Position numbers and translations under genes: made by a program. A stretch of DNA of 61,686 bases, the filler included, from Squatina squatina (Eukaryota): assembly GCA_031763465.1 (NCBI GenBank). It is 4 parts of 4 records of this genome, joined end to end, with 100 filler letters (N's around TTAATTAATTAA, not from the genome) between each part and the next. Parts side by side here need not be neighbours in the genome. Positions count along the whole stretch, not along the records: positions 29,635 to 45,630 come from JARFOE010000004.1; positions 45,731 to 61,686 come from JARFOE010000176.1; 2 more parts are not named here. The stretch is one strand, 5' to 3'. Below, piece after piece: positions 35,301 through 48,598 of this stretch. The notes beneath the pieces were generated by a model. It searched no databases and was not told the origin of the DNA. It saw nothing but the letters and a program-made list of their open reading frames with translations. Each line of letters opens with the position of its first letter. Position 1 is the first letter of the stretch.

Positions 35301-38290
35301 TTTCTCTGAACCTTTCTCCCTGACTTTCTCCCTGCCTTTCTCTCGGCAATTCTCCCTGCCTTTCTTTCAGCCTTTCCCTCTGCTTTGCTCCCTGCCTTTC
35401 TCCTTGCATTTCTGTCTGCCTTTCTCCTAGCCTTTCTCTCTGCATTTCCCCCGGCCTTTCTCTCAGCAATTCTCCCTGCCTTTCTCTCAGCCTTTGTCAC
35501 TCACGTTCAACGCGCCTTTCCCCCTGCCTTTCGTCGATTCCTTCCTCTCTGACTTTCTCCCAGTCTTTCTCTCTGCCTTTCTCTTGGCAATTCTCCCTGC
35601 CTTTCTCTCATCCTTTGTCCCTCACGTTCTCCGTGTCTTTCTCCCTGTCTTTCTCTCTGCCTTTCTCCCAGCCTTCCTCTCTGCCTTTCTCCCTGCCTTT
35701 CTCTCTGCCTTTCTCTCTGCCTTTCTCTCAGCAATTCTCCCTGCCTTTCTCTCGACCATTGTCCCTCACTTTCTCCCAGCCTTTCTCCCTGCCTCCCCTT
35801 CTGCCTTTCTCTCGCCAATTCTCCCTGTCTTTCTCTCAGCCTTTGTCCCTCACTTTCTCCCTGCCTTTCTCTCTGCTTTCCTCTCCGCCTTTCTCCCTTT
35901 CTTTCTCTCTTCTTTTCTCTTGGCCTTTCTCTCTGCCTTACTCCCTGTCTTTCTTTCTGCGTTTCTCTTGGCAATTCTCCCTGCCTTTCTCTCAGCCTTT
36001 GTCCCTCACATTCTCCTTGCCTTTGTCCCTTCCTTTCTCCCTGCCTTTCCCTTGGCATTTCGCTCTGCTCTTTCTCCCTGCCATTCTCTCAGCCTTTGCC
36101 CCTGACTTTCTCCCTGCCTTTCTCTCAACCTTTGTCCCTGACTTTCTTTCAGCCTTTCTCTCTGCCTTTCTCCCTGCCTTTCTCCTTGCATTTCTGTCTG
36201 CCTTTCTCCTGGCCTTTCTCTCTGCATTTCCCCCGGCCTTTCTCTCAGCAATTCTCCCTGCCTTGCTTTCAGCCTTTCTATTTGCATTTTTTTCTGTCTT
36301 TCTCTTTGCCATTCTCTCTGCCTTTCTCCCTGCCTTTCTCCGTGCCTTCCTCCCTGCCTTTCTCTCTGCCTTTCACTCGGCAATTCTCCCAACCTTTCTC
36401 TCAGCCATTGTCCCTCATTTTCTCCCTGCCTTTCTACTGGCATTCCTCCCTGCCTTTCTCTCGGCAATTCTCCCTGCCTTTCTCTCAGCCTTTGTCCCTC
36501 ACTTTCTCCGTGCCTTTCCCCCTGCCTTTCGTCGATTCCTTTCTCTCTGCCTTTCTCTCGGCAATTCTCCCTGCCTTTCTCACTGCCATTCTCTCGGAAA
36601 TCCTCCCTGCCTTTCTCTCGGCAATCCCCCTGACTTTCTCCCTGCCTTTGTCCCTGCCTTTCTCCCTTCTTTTCTCCATGTATTTCTCCCTGCCTTTCTC
36701 TCGGCAATTCTCCCTGCATTTCTCTCAGCCTTTGTCCCTCACTTTCTCCCTGCCTTTCTCCCAGCCTATCTCCCTCAATTTCTCCGTGCCTTTACCCCTT
36801 CTTTCTTTCAGCGTTTCTCTTTGCATTTGTCTCTGTCTTTCTCCCTGCCTTTCTCTCAGCAATTCTCCCTGACTTTCTCTCAGCCTTTGTCCCTCACTTT
36901 CTCCGTGCCTTTCTCCCTGCCTTTTGCCCAGCCTTCCTCTCTGCCTTTCTCCCTGCCTTTCTCCCGGTCTTTCTCTCAGCTTTTCTCCATGCCTTTCTCT
37001 CAGCCTTTATCCCTCACTTTCTCCCTGCCTTTCTCTCTGCCGATCACACAGCATTCCTCTCTGCCTTTGTCCCTTCCTTCCTCTCTGCCTTTCTCTCGGC
37101 AATTCTCCCTGCCTTTCTTTAAGCCTTTCACTTTGCGTTTCTCTCTGCCTTTCTCTCTGCCTTTCTCCATATTTTTCTCCCTGCCTTTGTCTCTTCCTTT
37201 CTCTCAGCCTTTCTCCCGGTCTTTCTCTCGGGAAATCTCCCTGCCTTTTTCTTTGCCTTTCTCTCAGCCTTTCTCCCGGCAATTCTCCCTGCCTTTCTCT
37301 CAGCCTTTGTCCCTCACTTTCTCCGTGCTTTTCCCCCTGCCTTTCGTCGATTCCTTCCTCTCTGACTTTCTCCCAGTTGGTCTCTCTGCCTTTCTCTTGG
37401 CAATTCTCCCTGCCTTTCTCTCATCATTTGTCGCTCACGTTCTCTGTCCCTTTCTCCCTGTCTTTCTCTCTGCCTTTCTCCCAGCCTTTCTCTCTGCCTT
37501 TCTCCCTGTCTTTCTCTCTTCCTTTCTCTCGGCCTTACTCACTGTCTTTCTTTCTGCCGGTCTCTTGGCAATTCTCCCTGCCTTTGTCTCAGCCTTTGTC
37601 CCTCACTTTCTCCTTGCCTTTGTCCCACACTTTGTCCCTTCCTTTCTCCCTGCCTTTCCCTTGGCATTTCTCTCTGCTCTATCTCCCTGCCTTTCTCTCA
37701 GCCTTTGTCCCTGCCTTACTTCCTGCTTTTCTCCATGTATTTCTCCCTGCCTTTCTCTCGGCAATTCTCACTGAGTTGCTCTCAGCCTTTGTCCCTCACT
37801 TTCTCCCTGCCTTTCGCCCAGCCTATCTCCCTCAATTTCTCCGTGACTTTCCCCCTTCTTTCTTTCAGCATTTCTCTTTGCATTTGTCTCTGTCTTTCTC
37901 CCTGCCTTTCTCCCTGCCTTTCTCTCGGCAATTCTCCCTGCCTTTCTCTCAGCCTTTGTCCCTCACTTTCTCCTTGCCTTTGTCCCTCACTTTGTCCCTT
38001 CCTTTCTCCCTGCCTTTCCCTTGGCATTTCTCTCTGCTCTTTCTCCCGACCTTTCTCTCTGCTTTGCTCCCTGCCTTTCTCTCAGCCTTTGTCCCGGACT
38101 TTCTCCCTGCCTTTCTCTGAACCTTTGTCCCTGACTTTCTCCCTGCCTTTCTCTCGGCAATTCTCCCTGCCTTTCTTTCAGCCTTTCTCTCTGCCTTTCT
38201 CCCTGACTTTCTCCTTGCATTTCTGGCTGCCGTTCTCCAGGCCTTTCACTCTGCCTTTCCCCCGGCCTTTCTCTCAGCACTTCTCCCGGC
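32314..38290. repeat. ~6-kb polypyrimidine satellite based on a 12-bp unit (ctttctccctgc)
   Basis: 12-nt periodicity with variants (gcaattctccct, cctttgtccctc) and internal duplications. Confidence 0.97.
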
Positions 38291-38520
38291 NNNNNNNNNN
38301 NNNNNNNNNNNNNNNNNNNNNNNNNNNNNNNNNNNNNNNNNNNNNNNNNNNNNNNNNNNNNNNNNNNNNNNNNNNNNNNNNNNNNNNNNNCCGCGATCGC
38401 TCACAGACATTCCCCGGCAACCGAGGAGACGACTCAGTTAATAATTCACCTTTTATTCACCAGGCAGCTGGGCTTTTTGAAGGCAGATTTCACAGAACAG
38501 CTGTGTCTGTGTGTATATGC

Positions 38521-38770
38521 CTCAGCGCCGCCCCTCCGACAGCGCGTCGCTCCCTCAGTACTGCCCCTCCGACAGCGCGGCGCTCCCTCAGCGCCGCCCC
38601 TCCGACAGCGTGTCGCTCCCTCAGTGCCGCCCCTCCGACAGCGCGGCGCTCCCTCAGCGCCGCCCCTCCGACAGCGCGGCGCTCCCTCAGCGCCGCCCCT
38701 CCGACACTGAGGCGCTCCCTCAGTGCCGCCCCTCCGACAGCGCTCAGGTCCCTGGTGTGGGACTTGAAAG
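38521..38770 (-). repeat. 33-bp CpG-rich minisatellite (~7 copies) derived from a DeuSINE
   Basis: Unit ctcagcgccgcccctccgacagcgcggcgctcc is the reverse complement of the SINE core at ~22295-22325, and a SINE 5' remnant (gtgggacttgaa) follows. Confidence 0.8.
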
Positions 38771-38819
38771 TAGGAGCTTGTGACTCGGTGAGATTCGTGA
38801 CTTTGTCTCCATTCCCCAG

Positions 38820-39007
38820 GTGGTGAATCTCCAGTACAGTGAGGTCCAGGACCGGGTGATGCTGACAGGTCGACACATGGTGAGAGACGTGAGCTGCAAG
38901 AACTGTAACAGTAAGCTGGGCTGGATCTATGAGTTCGCCACCGAGGACAGCCAGCGCTACAAAGAGGGCCGAGTGATCCTGGAGCGGGCTCTGGTGCGCG
39001 AGAGCGA
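38820..39007 (+). CDS. YPEL5: Yippee-like 5, last coding exon, truncated by a gap
   Basis: Acceptor cccc[64 protein letters not shown] matches recalled human YPEL5. Confidence 0.95.
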
Positions 39008-39107
39008 NNNNNNNNNNNNNNNNNNNNNNNNNNNNNNNNNNNNNNNNNNNNNNNNNNNNNNNNNNNNNNNNNNNNNNNNNNNNNNNNNNNNNNNNNNNNN
39101 NNNNNNN

Positions 39108-39460
39108 ACAAAAAGTACTAAGCCCTGCGGAACCCTGCTTCCAGTCACAAAAACACCCATCGACCATTACCCTTTGCTTCCTGCCTCCTGAGCCAATTTT
39201 GGATTCAACTTGCCACTTTGCCTTGGGTCCCATGGGCTTTTACTTTCGTGACAAGTCTACCATCCGGGTCTTTTATCAATACCCTTGCTAAAATCCATAT
39301 AGATTACATCAAATGCACTAGCCTCATCGACCCTCCTTGTAACCTCCTGAAAATTCAGTCAAGTTAGTCGGACATGACCTTCCCTTAACAAATCTGTCTC
39401 TAATTAATCCGTGTCTTTCTAAATGAATTTTTTCCAATAATTTTCCCACCACCGAGGTTA
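39108..39460 (-). mobile_element. CR1 RT fragment
   Basis: LTSVVGKLLEKI...FVKGRSCPTNLTEF...RKQRVMVDGCF motifs. Confidence 0.85.
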
Positions 39461-39844
39461 GTGTGCTGGGTGGCACCGTAACACACGGTGTTGGAGGGTG
39501 CAGACATTTCTGAAAGGATTGCAGCACTCCCTCATATGAGGTGGTGCCGGGTTATGCTGCACCTCAGGTACTCTCCACTGAGGGATGGTGATGGACATCC
39601 CAAGCATAGAGTTAGGACTCTGCAGGGCACGAGAGGAGCTCAGAGGAATTGATTGGAAAGGTGCCAGCACTGTCTGTCCCAGTTGTTAGTTCATATTGGG
39701 ACCTGGGTGGATGTCACATGTCGACTGGGAACATCTGAAAGGGCAAAGAGCACTCTCTCCAGTAATGGCTTCAGACAGTGATCAGTAAGAGATTGTAGGG
39801 CCTGTGGTGTGGATTAAAATGCTGCAGTACTCTTTCTTGCCACA

Positions 39845-39952
39845 GGGCTACGGGGAAAGAGCAGGGGAGTGGGACTTATTGGAGAGCTCCTACAAAGAGC
39901 TGGCACAGGCACCAGGGGCTGAATGGCTGCCTTTTGTGCTGCATGGTTCTAA
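39845..39952 (+). mobile_element. CR1 3' tail fragment
   Basis: gggctacggggaaagagcagggg...gggctgaatggctgccttttgtgctg. Confidence 0.7.
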
Positions 39953-40174
39953 TGGAGCAAAGTCTGATGTTAGTCATAGGTGACCCTCTGGGAAGGTGGA
40001 GGAGAGGAGTGTGTCTGAACTATGCAGAAACATGCTCTGATTGTAAATTCAGTCTGAATAAGGAGAGGTTTGGAAACTGCTGGAAGTCCCTGTGATGTTG
40101 CTGAACAGGATGCAGGCACCTGGAGCTGTGAGCTGTTGGGATGTTCTAACATTCACTCTTGGATTCCTTTGCAG

Positions 40175-40372
40175 TTTCTTGACCTGCGAGTAGCAGTTTT
40201 GGGGAATGTGGACTCCGGGAAGTCGACCCTCTTGGGGGTCCTGACACAAGGCGAGCTGGATAATGGACGGGGCAGAGCACGGCTCAACCTCTTCAGGCAC
40301 CTGCACGAAATCCAGTCAGGCCGGACCTCCAGCATCAGCTTCGAGATCCTGGGATTCAACAGCAAAGGAGAG
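40175..40372 (+). CDS. GTPBP2: GTP-binding protein 2 exon (P-loop)
   Basis: 198 nt, [70 protein letters not shown]. Confidence 0.95.
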
Positions 40373-41076
40373 GTAGGACCGTTGGCCTGTGCTGAGATTG
40401 TGTCAAATGCCCAGATTCGCCCCCCCCCACAGCCTGTAGGATTGAACCAGGAGATCCTAGTTTGATGTGGAGTTAACTGACCTGAGCCAGGCCAATGGTT
40501 GGACTGCTGAGTTGGGAAAGGAGTAAAAGTCTGGGAGGGTTCCTGCTCTTGGTTGCTATCCAGTGAAGTTCGTCTGGGAAGGTCAAGGGTGGAATTGGGT
40601 TGATGTGATTTCCAGTGTTAAATATCCTCCCACCACTCGGCGTCTGGGTTTGTGTGCACACCTTGGGCACTGGGTGAAGGAGAGGACACCTGTGAAACTA
40701 CCCCAGAGGAGGACTGAGGGTGGAAACATNNNNNNNNNNAGGGTATTTTAGTCTGTCTACTCTTGTCAATCTCCTCTCCTGGAAGGTTGGAACAGGCTCG
40801 AGGGGCTGAATGGCCTACTCCTATTCCTATGTTCATTGACCCGTGCTGGGTTACTGATCCTGGTTGCAAACCAAGTGCCTGTTGGACAGTGAGTGTAGGT
40901 GGTCCACTTGACTGTGGGCAGCATCAATGCGAGGGTCACTGGGCAGCACAGACTGGAAATCAACTTTGGGCCCTTTGGATCCGTGTTGCTCAGCTCCTCA
41001 TTCACTATATTTTCAGAGTCTGCTCACACTGAGAGTTCAGTCCTCTCTTAACCTGCTTCTTGTGCCTCACATTAAG

Positions 41077-41251
41077 GTGGTAAATTACAGTGACTCGCGG
41101 ACAGCAGAGGTCATCTGTGAAAGTGCCTCTAAAATGATCACCTTCATCGACCTGGCAGGACACCACAAGTACCTAAAGACCACCATCTTTGGCCTCACAA
41201 GCTACTGCCCGGACTTTGCCATGCTTGTAGTCAGCGCCAACACTGGCATAG
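41077..41251 (+). CDS. GTPBP2: GTP-binding protein 2 exon (G3 DxxG)
   Basis: 175 nt, [66 protein letters not shown]. Confidence 0.95.
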
Positions 41252-41311
41252 GTATGTCTGCAGGGAGCGGGCGAAGTGCTACGACATTGGGAGTGAGCTC
41301 GATACTGTGCC

Positions 41312-41560
41312 AATGAGTAAAATCAGCCCGGGTTCGTCTTTCTGATCATTATCCAGTGACCTCGGTTGGAGTGTTATTCTTTCTGGAGGTTGGAGGATAG
41401 GATCAGACTCACTGTGAAGCCCCCCCCCCACCACCGCGCCCCCCCATGGTGAAACAGTCTGCCAATGCACACTGTTATGGTCATGTATGATGAGTAGCTA
41501 CTTGGGTGAGGTACTGGTCAGTGGCAAGAGACTGGATCCTGTACCCAAGCGAGGGGCAGG
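41312..41560 (+). mobile_element. SINE-like repeat, same family as 292 and 2205
   Basis: aaaatcagcccggg...ctgatcattatccagtgacc...ggatcagactcactgtga...ctacttgggtgaggtactgg. Confidence 0.5.
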
Positions 41561-42438
41561 GCTGTGGGTTGTTGACTTTAAGATTGGGTTGCAGCGCTTC
41601 GCTGATGCCCAAATTGATTGCTGGAGCCTGCAGCAGGTGTGCTGTAGGTAAAACCCTCNNNNNNNNNNNNNNNNNNNNNNNNNNNNNNNNNNNNNNNNNN
41701 NNNNNNNNNNNNNNNNNNNNNNNNNNNNNNNNNNNNNNNNNNNNNNNNNNNNNNNNNNATCTACCTCAACTCCACTTGCCTGCACTTGACCCATATCCCT
41801 CGATTCCCTTGATATCTTTATGTGGCTCGATGTCAAATCTTTTATGAAGCGCGTTGTAACATTAAAGGTGCTGTATAAATACAAGTTGTTGTAATGCAAG
41901 TTTGTTTGTTTTAAGAAATCACGCCAACACCCACTACCTGGGCCCCACATGAAGAGGAGCTTCCAGAATGAGAGCGGATGGTGTCTGCAACTCTACCCCA
42001 GCAAGTCAGTGACTTCACGGGAGATGGAGACAAACTGGAAGGGGTGGGGGAAAGAGAACGGATATTCCGATTAACCTGAGTGTTGAATCTGGAGTCTGGC
42101 AAGCACTCGCTGTCGAAACTGTTGGCTCTGTCACCTTGTGTCTTTGAGTTCTGCCGATCTTTCAACGAGGTGCTCCTGGGCCGTCGCAGCTGTCTACTTT
42201 CTGACTTACTGAATGGGTGAAAATAAGAAGAATGACTTCAGTAATCCCCGAGGGAACAAGAAGAACCTTAAATAATGAAACGTCCAGCATTAAACTCCTG
42301 GTGCCGCTGTCACTGTCGCAGGTATCTTCACATTCCAGNNNNNNNNNNNNNNNNNNNNNNNNNNNNNNNNNNNNNNNNNNNNNNNNNNNNNNNNNNNNNN
42401 NNNNNNNNNNNNNNNNNNNNNNNNNNNNNNNNNNNNNN

Positions 42439-43119
<681 letters not shown>

Positions 43120-43625
43120 TGGTCCCCAACCCCACCTTGCCGCCATATCCTCCCCGCAGCTGCGTTCTTCCTGGCGAGCGGTGACTGAGGTCTCAAAGGA
43201 CTGAGAGACGGAGCCCCGACACCTCCTCGGACTNNNNNNNNNNNNNNNNNNNNNNNNNNNNNNNNNNNNNNNNNNNNNNNNNNNNNNNNNNNNNNNNNNN
43301 NNNNNNNNNNNNNNNNNNNNNNNNNNNNNNNNNAATAGAACAGGTTAGCAAGCTACTGAACCTTCGAGCACTGCTCGAGTCTAACCCAGCCCTCAGTGAT
43401 TGGCAGGAACAGCCGTCCCAGCGGAGATTACCTTACAACGCAGAGCATGGCTGAGCACCGCAGCCACTTGAGACAGGGATACACACCATCGTAGGGGTCA
43501 CAGGCATTACTCAGTAGCGCGTTTATCCACCACACTACTTCCTTGCCAACCAGGGAACCAAAGCCAGGCAAAGTTAAAGCTAGTGCGGTGATGGGCAACA
43601 AAACCGCTCATTGATAGCCACTTAC

Positions 43626-43959
43626 CGAGACCCAGCTTGATCATTCGGTAGATGCGGTTAGAGTGCGTCTGGGGGTCGTCCAATGAAAACCCTGAGGATA
43701 GGAGCGCAGTCTCAAAGAGCAGGATCACAAGGTCTTTCACAGCTTTGTCATTCTTGTCTGCATCAGCCTTCTGCCTCAGGGTGTCCACGATTGGATGGTC
43801 AGGGTTGATCTCCAGATGTTTCTTGGCCATCATGTAGCCCATGGTCGAGTTGTCTCGCAGGGCCTGTGCCTTCATGATCCGCTCCATGTTGGCAGTCCAG
43901 CCATAGGTGCTGGTCACAATGCAGCATGGGGAGGACACAAGCCGGTTGGAAACAGTCAC
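43626..43959 (-). CDS. HSP90AB1: HSP90-beta penultimate exon
   Basis: 334 nt, [28 protein letters not shown]...[18 protein letters not shown]...KAVKDL...[15 protein letters not shown], with beta-type residues. Confidence 0.95.
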
Positions 43960-44456
43960 CTGAGACGGAGAGAAATTCAAACATCAAGCCTGTCCCTTCA
44001 ATTGTACCGTGCTTCACCACAGTCCTGCAGGTTATACACCATCAGCAGCTTCCTCTCAAGGTGCTGACCCTTGCTGGGGTACAACTTACAGCTGCCGACA
44101 GCCCCCTCAGGTACACCACCCAAGGGGTCACTCGTGAGTGCAGACAGCAAATGTTAATGGCCCACCGTGGACACTGTCCAGCAGGGATTACACTAAGCAA
44201 CAGCAGGTAGGAACCCAGGCTGATTTTCCCTCCCAAGTCCAGGGGCACCAAAGTCAACTGCACTTTGCCCCATGGACAGCAGTTAAGGCCAGCTAACAGC
44301 ACCTGTAGCAAGAATCAAATCTGGGTCTGTCCAGGTCCATGGCTCAGTTGCAGAGCTATTCGGAGCAGTTAATAGACATAAATATACCAAGTTACAGGGC
44401 ATTCCCTAACTGCTGGCCTTGAGAAAAGGCTGGGAATTAACTATCTGCGGTCTTAC

Positions 44457-44725
44457 CTTCTCCACCTTCTTGTCCAGGATCTCTTTCATCAGCTTGCACA
44501 GGTTATCATACTTGGCTCGATCTTCTTCGCGTTTCTTCTTCTCCTCCTCGTCCTCAGGCAGTTCGAGGCCCTCCTTTGTGACAGAGACGAGCTGCTTACC
44601 GTCAAACTCCTTCAGCTGCTGCACACAGTATTCATCAATGGGCTCAGTCATGTAGACCACCTCAAAGCCCCGCTTCCTCACACGCTCCACAAAGGCAGAG
44701 TTAGCGACTTGATCTTTGCTTTCAC
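44457..44725 (-). CDS. HSP90AB1: HSP90-beta exon
   Basis: 269 nt, [51 protein letters not shown]...[12 protein letters not shown]. Confidence 0.95.
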
Positions 44726-45214
44726 CTGAAGAGGGAGACAGGAGACAAAATCAAACCTCTTCTGTCCATCTGCATGGGTGGGACGGTAAAGCTGCAATTG
44801 GAATTCCGTACTGCTGGGTTACTCAGGAACCAGCTCCCAGAGCCCTAGCCCTCAGCTTGCAACTGCATAAATCTGAGGACAGCAACATCAAGCCATGTAC
44901 ACATGCAGTGTGGGAGGGACAGGACCGTGGCTGCCACAGACACCAGCAATCTTGCCGTGTCAAGCTGCCAGTGCTGTAACCACCAGGTAGGCTGGCCCCG
45001 CGACAGCACAGAAGGATGGGATCAGGTGTATTTATGCAACCTCTCGGGCAACCAACCTCCTGAGCCTAGCTGGAATACGTGGTGTTGCTCTTAGAAACTG
45101 GCCAACATTAAAGGACTGAATACAGATCACCCACCCTCAGATGAAAGTGCACCTTCAGTATAGAAAAGACAACTGATCATTAGGATTACATAAAGTTACA
45201 AAGCAACATCAATA

Positions 45215-45535
45215 GATTGAGTGGCTGGGCTAAACAGACAAATCCGAGTATTATTTAAATGGGGAAAGCTAACAACATTGGAGGTCCATGTACACATCAC
45301 TAAAATACAGTAGTTAGGTACAAATATCATCAAAAAAGGCTAATGGGATGATAGCCGTAATAACCAGAGGGTTCGAATAGAAAGGGGAGCAAGTTTTGCT
45401 GCAGTGATAAAGCCCTGGTTAGACCATATCTGGAGAACTGTGTACAGTTCTGGACACCGCACCTTAGGAAGGATATATTGGCCTTGGGAGGAGTGCAGTG
45501 CAGATTCACCAGAACTCCAAGGCTTAGGTAATGAG
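45215..45535 (+). mobile_element. CR1 ORF2 fragment
   Basis: KKANGM...ALVRPYLENCVQFWTPHLRKDILAL motif. Confidence 0.8.
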
Positions 45536-45555
45536 GAACAGTAACTCCCTGGAAC

Positions 45556-45630
45556 AGAAACATAGAAAATAGGTGCAGGAGTAGGCCATTTGGCCCTTCG
45601 AGCCTGCACCGCCATTCAATATGATCATGG
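45556..45630 (-). mobile_element. CR1 3' tail
   Basis: agaaacatagaaaataggtgcaggagtaggccatt, as at 26170. Confidence 0.8.
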
Positions 45631-45730
45631 NNNNNNNNNNNNNNNNNNNNNNNNNNNNNNNNNNNNNNNNNNNNTTAATTAATTAANNNNNNNNNNNNNN
45701 NNNNNNNNNNNNNNNNNNNNNNNNNNNNNN
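45631..45730. other. Artificial join spacer
   Basis: TTAATTAATTAA at 45675-45686 within Ns. Confidence 0.95.
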
Positions 45731-46264
45731 ATCAGTGTAAACACAGCCCAAATCTGGGGTTAATGTCTGACCCAATAGCAGAATAAAGTAGAACAAGTCT
45801 CCCTGGAGGAAGGAGTCTTACTCTACTTCAGAGAGAGTTTTTGGCCATCAACCTAGTCATATTCCAATGTTAATTCCAAGCTGTTTCAGCTTTGCATTAA
45901 TACCATTATACAATATCTAGATTTATTCTTCAACACTGCATTACACAATTAATGTCAAAATTAGTGTCTTCATTTAAAAAAAGTGCAAGACAGTTTTATC
46001 CCCATTGATTGGTGCCAAAGTATACAACCCCCGTTGAGAACGGAAAGATTAAAAATAAACTTTTCTCCATTCTTTGTGCTCTTCATAGTATATAATGTTA
46101 AGTGAGCAGATTTACCAAGTGCTTAAAGACCAATTAGGTATCTATAGCCATAAAGTGTCTAAGCAAGAGACAGTTGTGTGGTTTTAGTTCAGTTGATTAC
46201 CCCCAAGCCATTTAACTATTTAAACCAACTTTGTAAATCTGAGCACTTGTCCTTGAGCTTATAC

Positions 46265-46948
46265 CTTCACCCTCTTCCATTTGTTCTTCAGAACCAGCAA
46301 TCCCATCCTCTTGGTCAGCATCAATGGTCTTCTCAACTATGATTTTACTGTTGGTTGATTCTTTGTCATTTTCCACACTTTCATCATCTTTCAGGTTCTC
46401 GTGTGCTGGTTCCTTATCCGCATCTGATTTTTTATCTTGATCACCCAGTGCATTTTTCAAAGGAAGAGCTACTTTTTCCTCCAGTTTGATTTTATTGACA
46501 TCTTCCATCGATTCATCAGTAGTTGCCTTCTTGCAAACATCTTCTGCCATAGGGGAATCTTGTACAGTCAGCTCTTTAGCAGCACTGTTTTTATCTNNNN
46601 NNNNNNGAATGATTGCATGGTCCTTCACTTTCTCTTCCTGGATACCATCACCACTCTCCAGATGGGAACCTACTACTTCATCCATTGGTTCATTTTTACC
46701 ATCATCCTGGTCAACTGACAATTCTATTTTGGTCTGCATTTCATTCTCAGTAGTACAGAGCTCTCCTGTAGGAGTGTTTACTTTTTCTTCTTTACTAGTT
46801 TTCTCAGTAGGACTTTTGTTTTTTCCATGAACTACATCTGGATCATCAGAAACGTTTTCAGCTGGTGCCTCATCTTCTGCTGGCTTCTCATTCTTTTTTT
46901 CGGCTAGTGCTGCATACACCTGTTCCCTCAATTCCTCCCTCTCTTTTT
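46265..46948 (-). CDS. NASP: NASP histone chaperone, large acidic (tNASP-type) exon
   Basis: Starts EKEREELREQVYAALAEK (recalled human EEAREELREQVYDAMGEK) and ends EEQMEEGE. AG/GT, phase 1-1, and an AKR1A1 exon lies upstream on the same strand as in human. Confidence 0.85.
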
Positions 46949-47289
46949 CTATACACATCAAGGAAAAAGAAATGCATAAAATTGGAGTTTCCAATGCTGG
47001 CACCAGCAACAAAAATCTGGATGAGACTATCTGGACACAGTCACAGTTGAAAGGTCTCAAGGAAAGTGGAAAATAGCATCAGGTAGNNNNNNNNNNNNNN
47101 NNNNNNNNNNNNNNNNNNNNNNNNNNNNNNNNNNNNNNNNNNNNNNNNNNNNNNNNNNNNNNNNNNNNNNNNNNNNNNNNNNNNNNAGTACAAACTAGTA
47201 AATATTCAGAAAAAAACCTACTTCATCTCAGTCTTCATTAGGGGAAGGCATTAGTAATGTGCCTTCTTTAAACAAAGATATCCCAAGCA

Positions 47290-48440
47290 AAATCAATGAT
47301 GTCATTATAAATGAAATTTAGCCTAGGCAGGCTAAATAGATTCAAAACAAAAATCCCCAGGGATATATGGCATTTATCCAAAGTGCTGAAAGACACCAAG
47401 AAGAGATTAGTAATGCACCGACACTCACTACACGGGAGTCAATGGACATTGGAGAGGTTTCCAGTAGTTTGCAGACAGGCTAACGTGGTGCCCATATTCA
47501 AAAATGGTGATAAGAGTCACAAGACTATAGAGCCATTAGTCTTACTTCCATTCAAAGTAAAATATTGAAATTGATCTGTACCTAGTTAACAACAGACAAC
47601 ATGGATTGAGAAGGGAAGATCCTGCCTGGCCAACTTCTGTTCTTTGAAGTGCCAACCCAAGTGGACTGCGTTAAGCCCCATGGTATGGCATATCTTGACT
47701 TCAAAAACGCTTGATAAAGTTCCAAAAATTAGATTCAGTTGTGGGGATTCAGGATAAACTTGGAAATGGATAAGAAGCTGGCTGAAGGATAATAAATCTT
47801 CTCTAACAAGTGCTGCCTATGCAGAGTGGAGATACTGAATGTGGTGCCTCAAGGCTCAGTGCTGGGACTACTAGTCAATCTAATTTCAGAAACTTAATGC
47901 AAAATGGTTAAATTTGCAGATGATGCCAGACTAGGAGGGGCAGTGGATTCAGAAGAGATAGCCTCAGTAATTATAGAACGAGTTGTACAGTGCATGTACG
48001 TGGAGAGAACATTGTCTACATGAAATCTCATCTGCCAAATATAAACTGCTGCACAAAGGAAGGAAAGACAGACAACATGCATTAAAATAGTTTAGAATGA
48101 AACAGGTCTTTGTAGAACATGTCCAATCAATGGAGAACAAACAAAGCCAATAGGATTTTGAACTACATAGCCAAAATAGTGATCAAATGTTATCATTCTG
48201 CATCCAGTTCTGGTGGCCAAGAAACAGACAGACAATTAAGCACTGGTGACAGTGTAGAGAAAGCCATGAGGCTGATCCAGTGTCAGTGGTTTGAGTTATG
48301 AGGAAAGACTGGATAAACTTCAGCCATTAATGTGTGGAAAAAAACCCTGGAATCATTCACAAAACAATTGCAAAGGGTGGGGATTTTAGGATCTCTGCAT
48401 GGGTGAATTAACATGGGCTGAATGGCCTCCCTCATCTGTA
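47290..48440 (+). mobile_element. Old 5'-truncated CR1 LINE (RT to 3' tail)
   Basis: ANVVPIFKNGDK, VPQGSVLG, KFADDARL motifs and the tail gggctgaatggcctccctc. Confidence 0.85.
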
Positions 48441-48598
48441 CTTGACTTCACTACAAGATAATGAGAATTATTGCATACCATATCAACAGGAGAATCTTTA
48501 CTGCTACATGTAAAATTGATTTAATGAACTTCCATCCTTGCTGATCATAAAAACATAAATGGAGCTCAATTATAACAATGGTGAAACATCCAAGTTAC

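Noticed and set aside
29587-38826. Very long ORFs (up to 1847 aa) on both strands
   Set aside because: Unit lengths of 30 and 12 nt are multiples of three, stops fall in few frames, several frames are open at once, and the ORFs read through N gaps. These are repeat artefacts.
42217-42338. N-terminal part of ORF 42217-43119
   Set aside because: Joined to the TMEM121-like sequence only through an N gap and not homologous to it.
43385-43460. Possible C/D snoRNA in an HSP90AB1 intron (cagcc...CTGAgggctg on the minus strand)
   Set aside because: Terminal stem and D box are present but there is no RUGAUGA C box.
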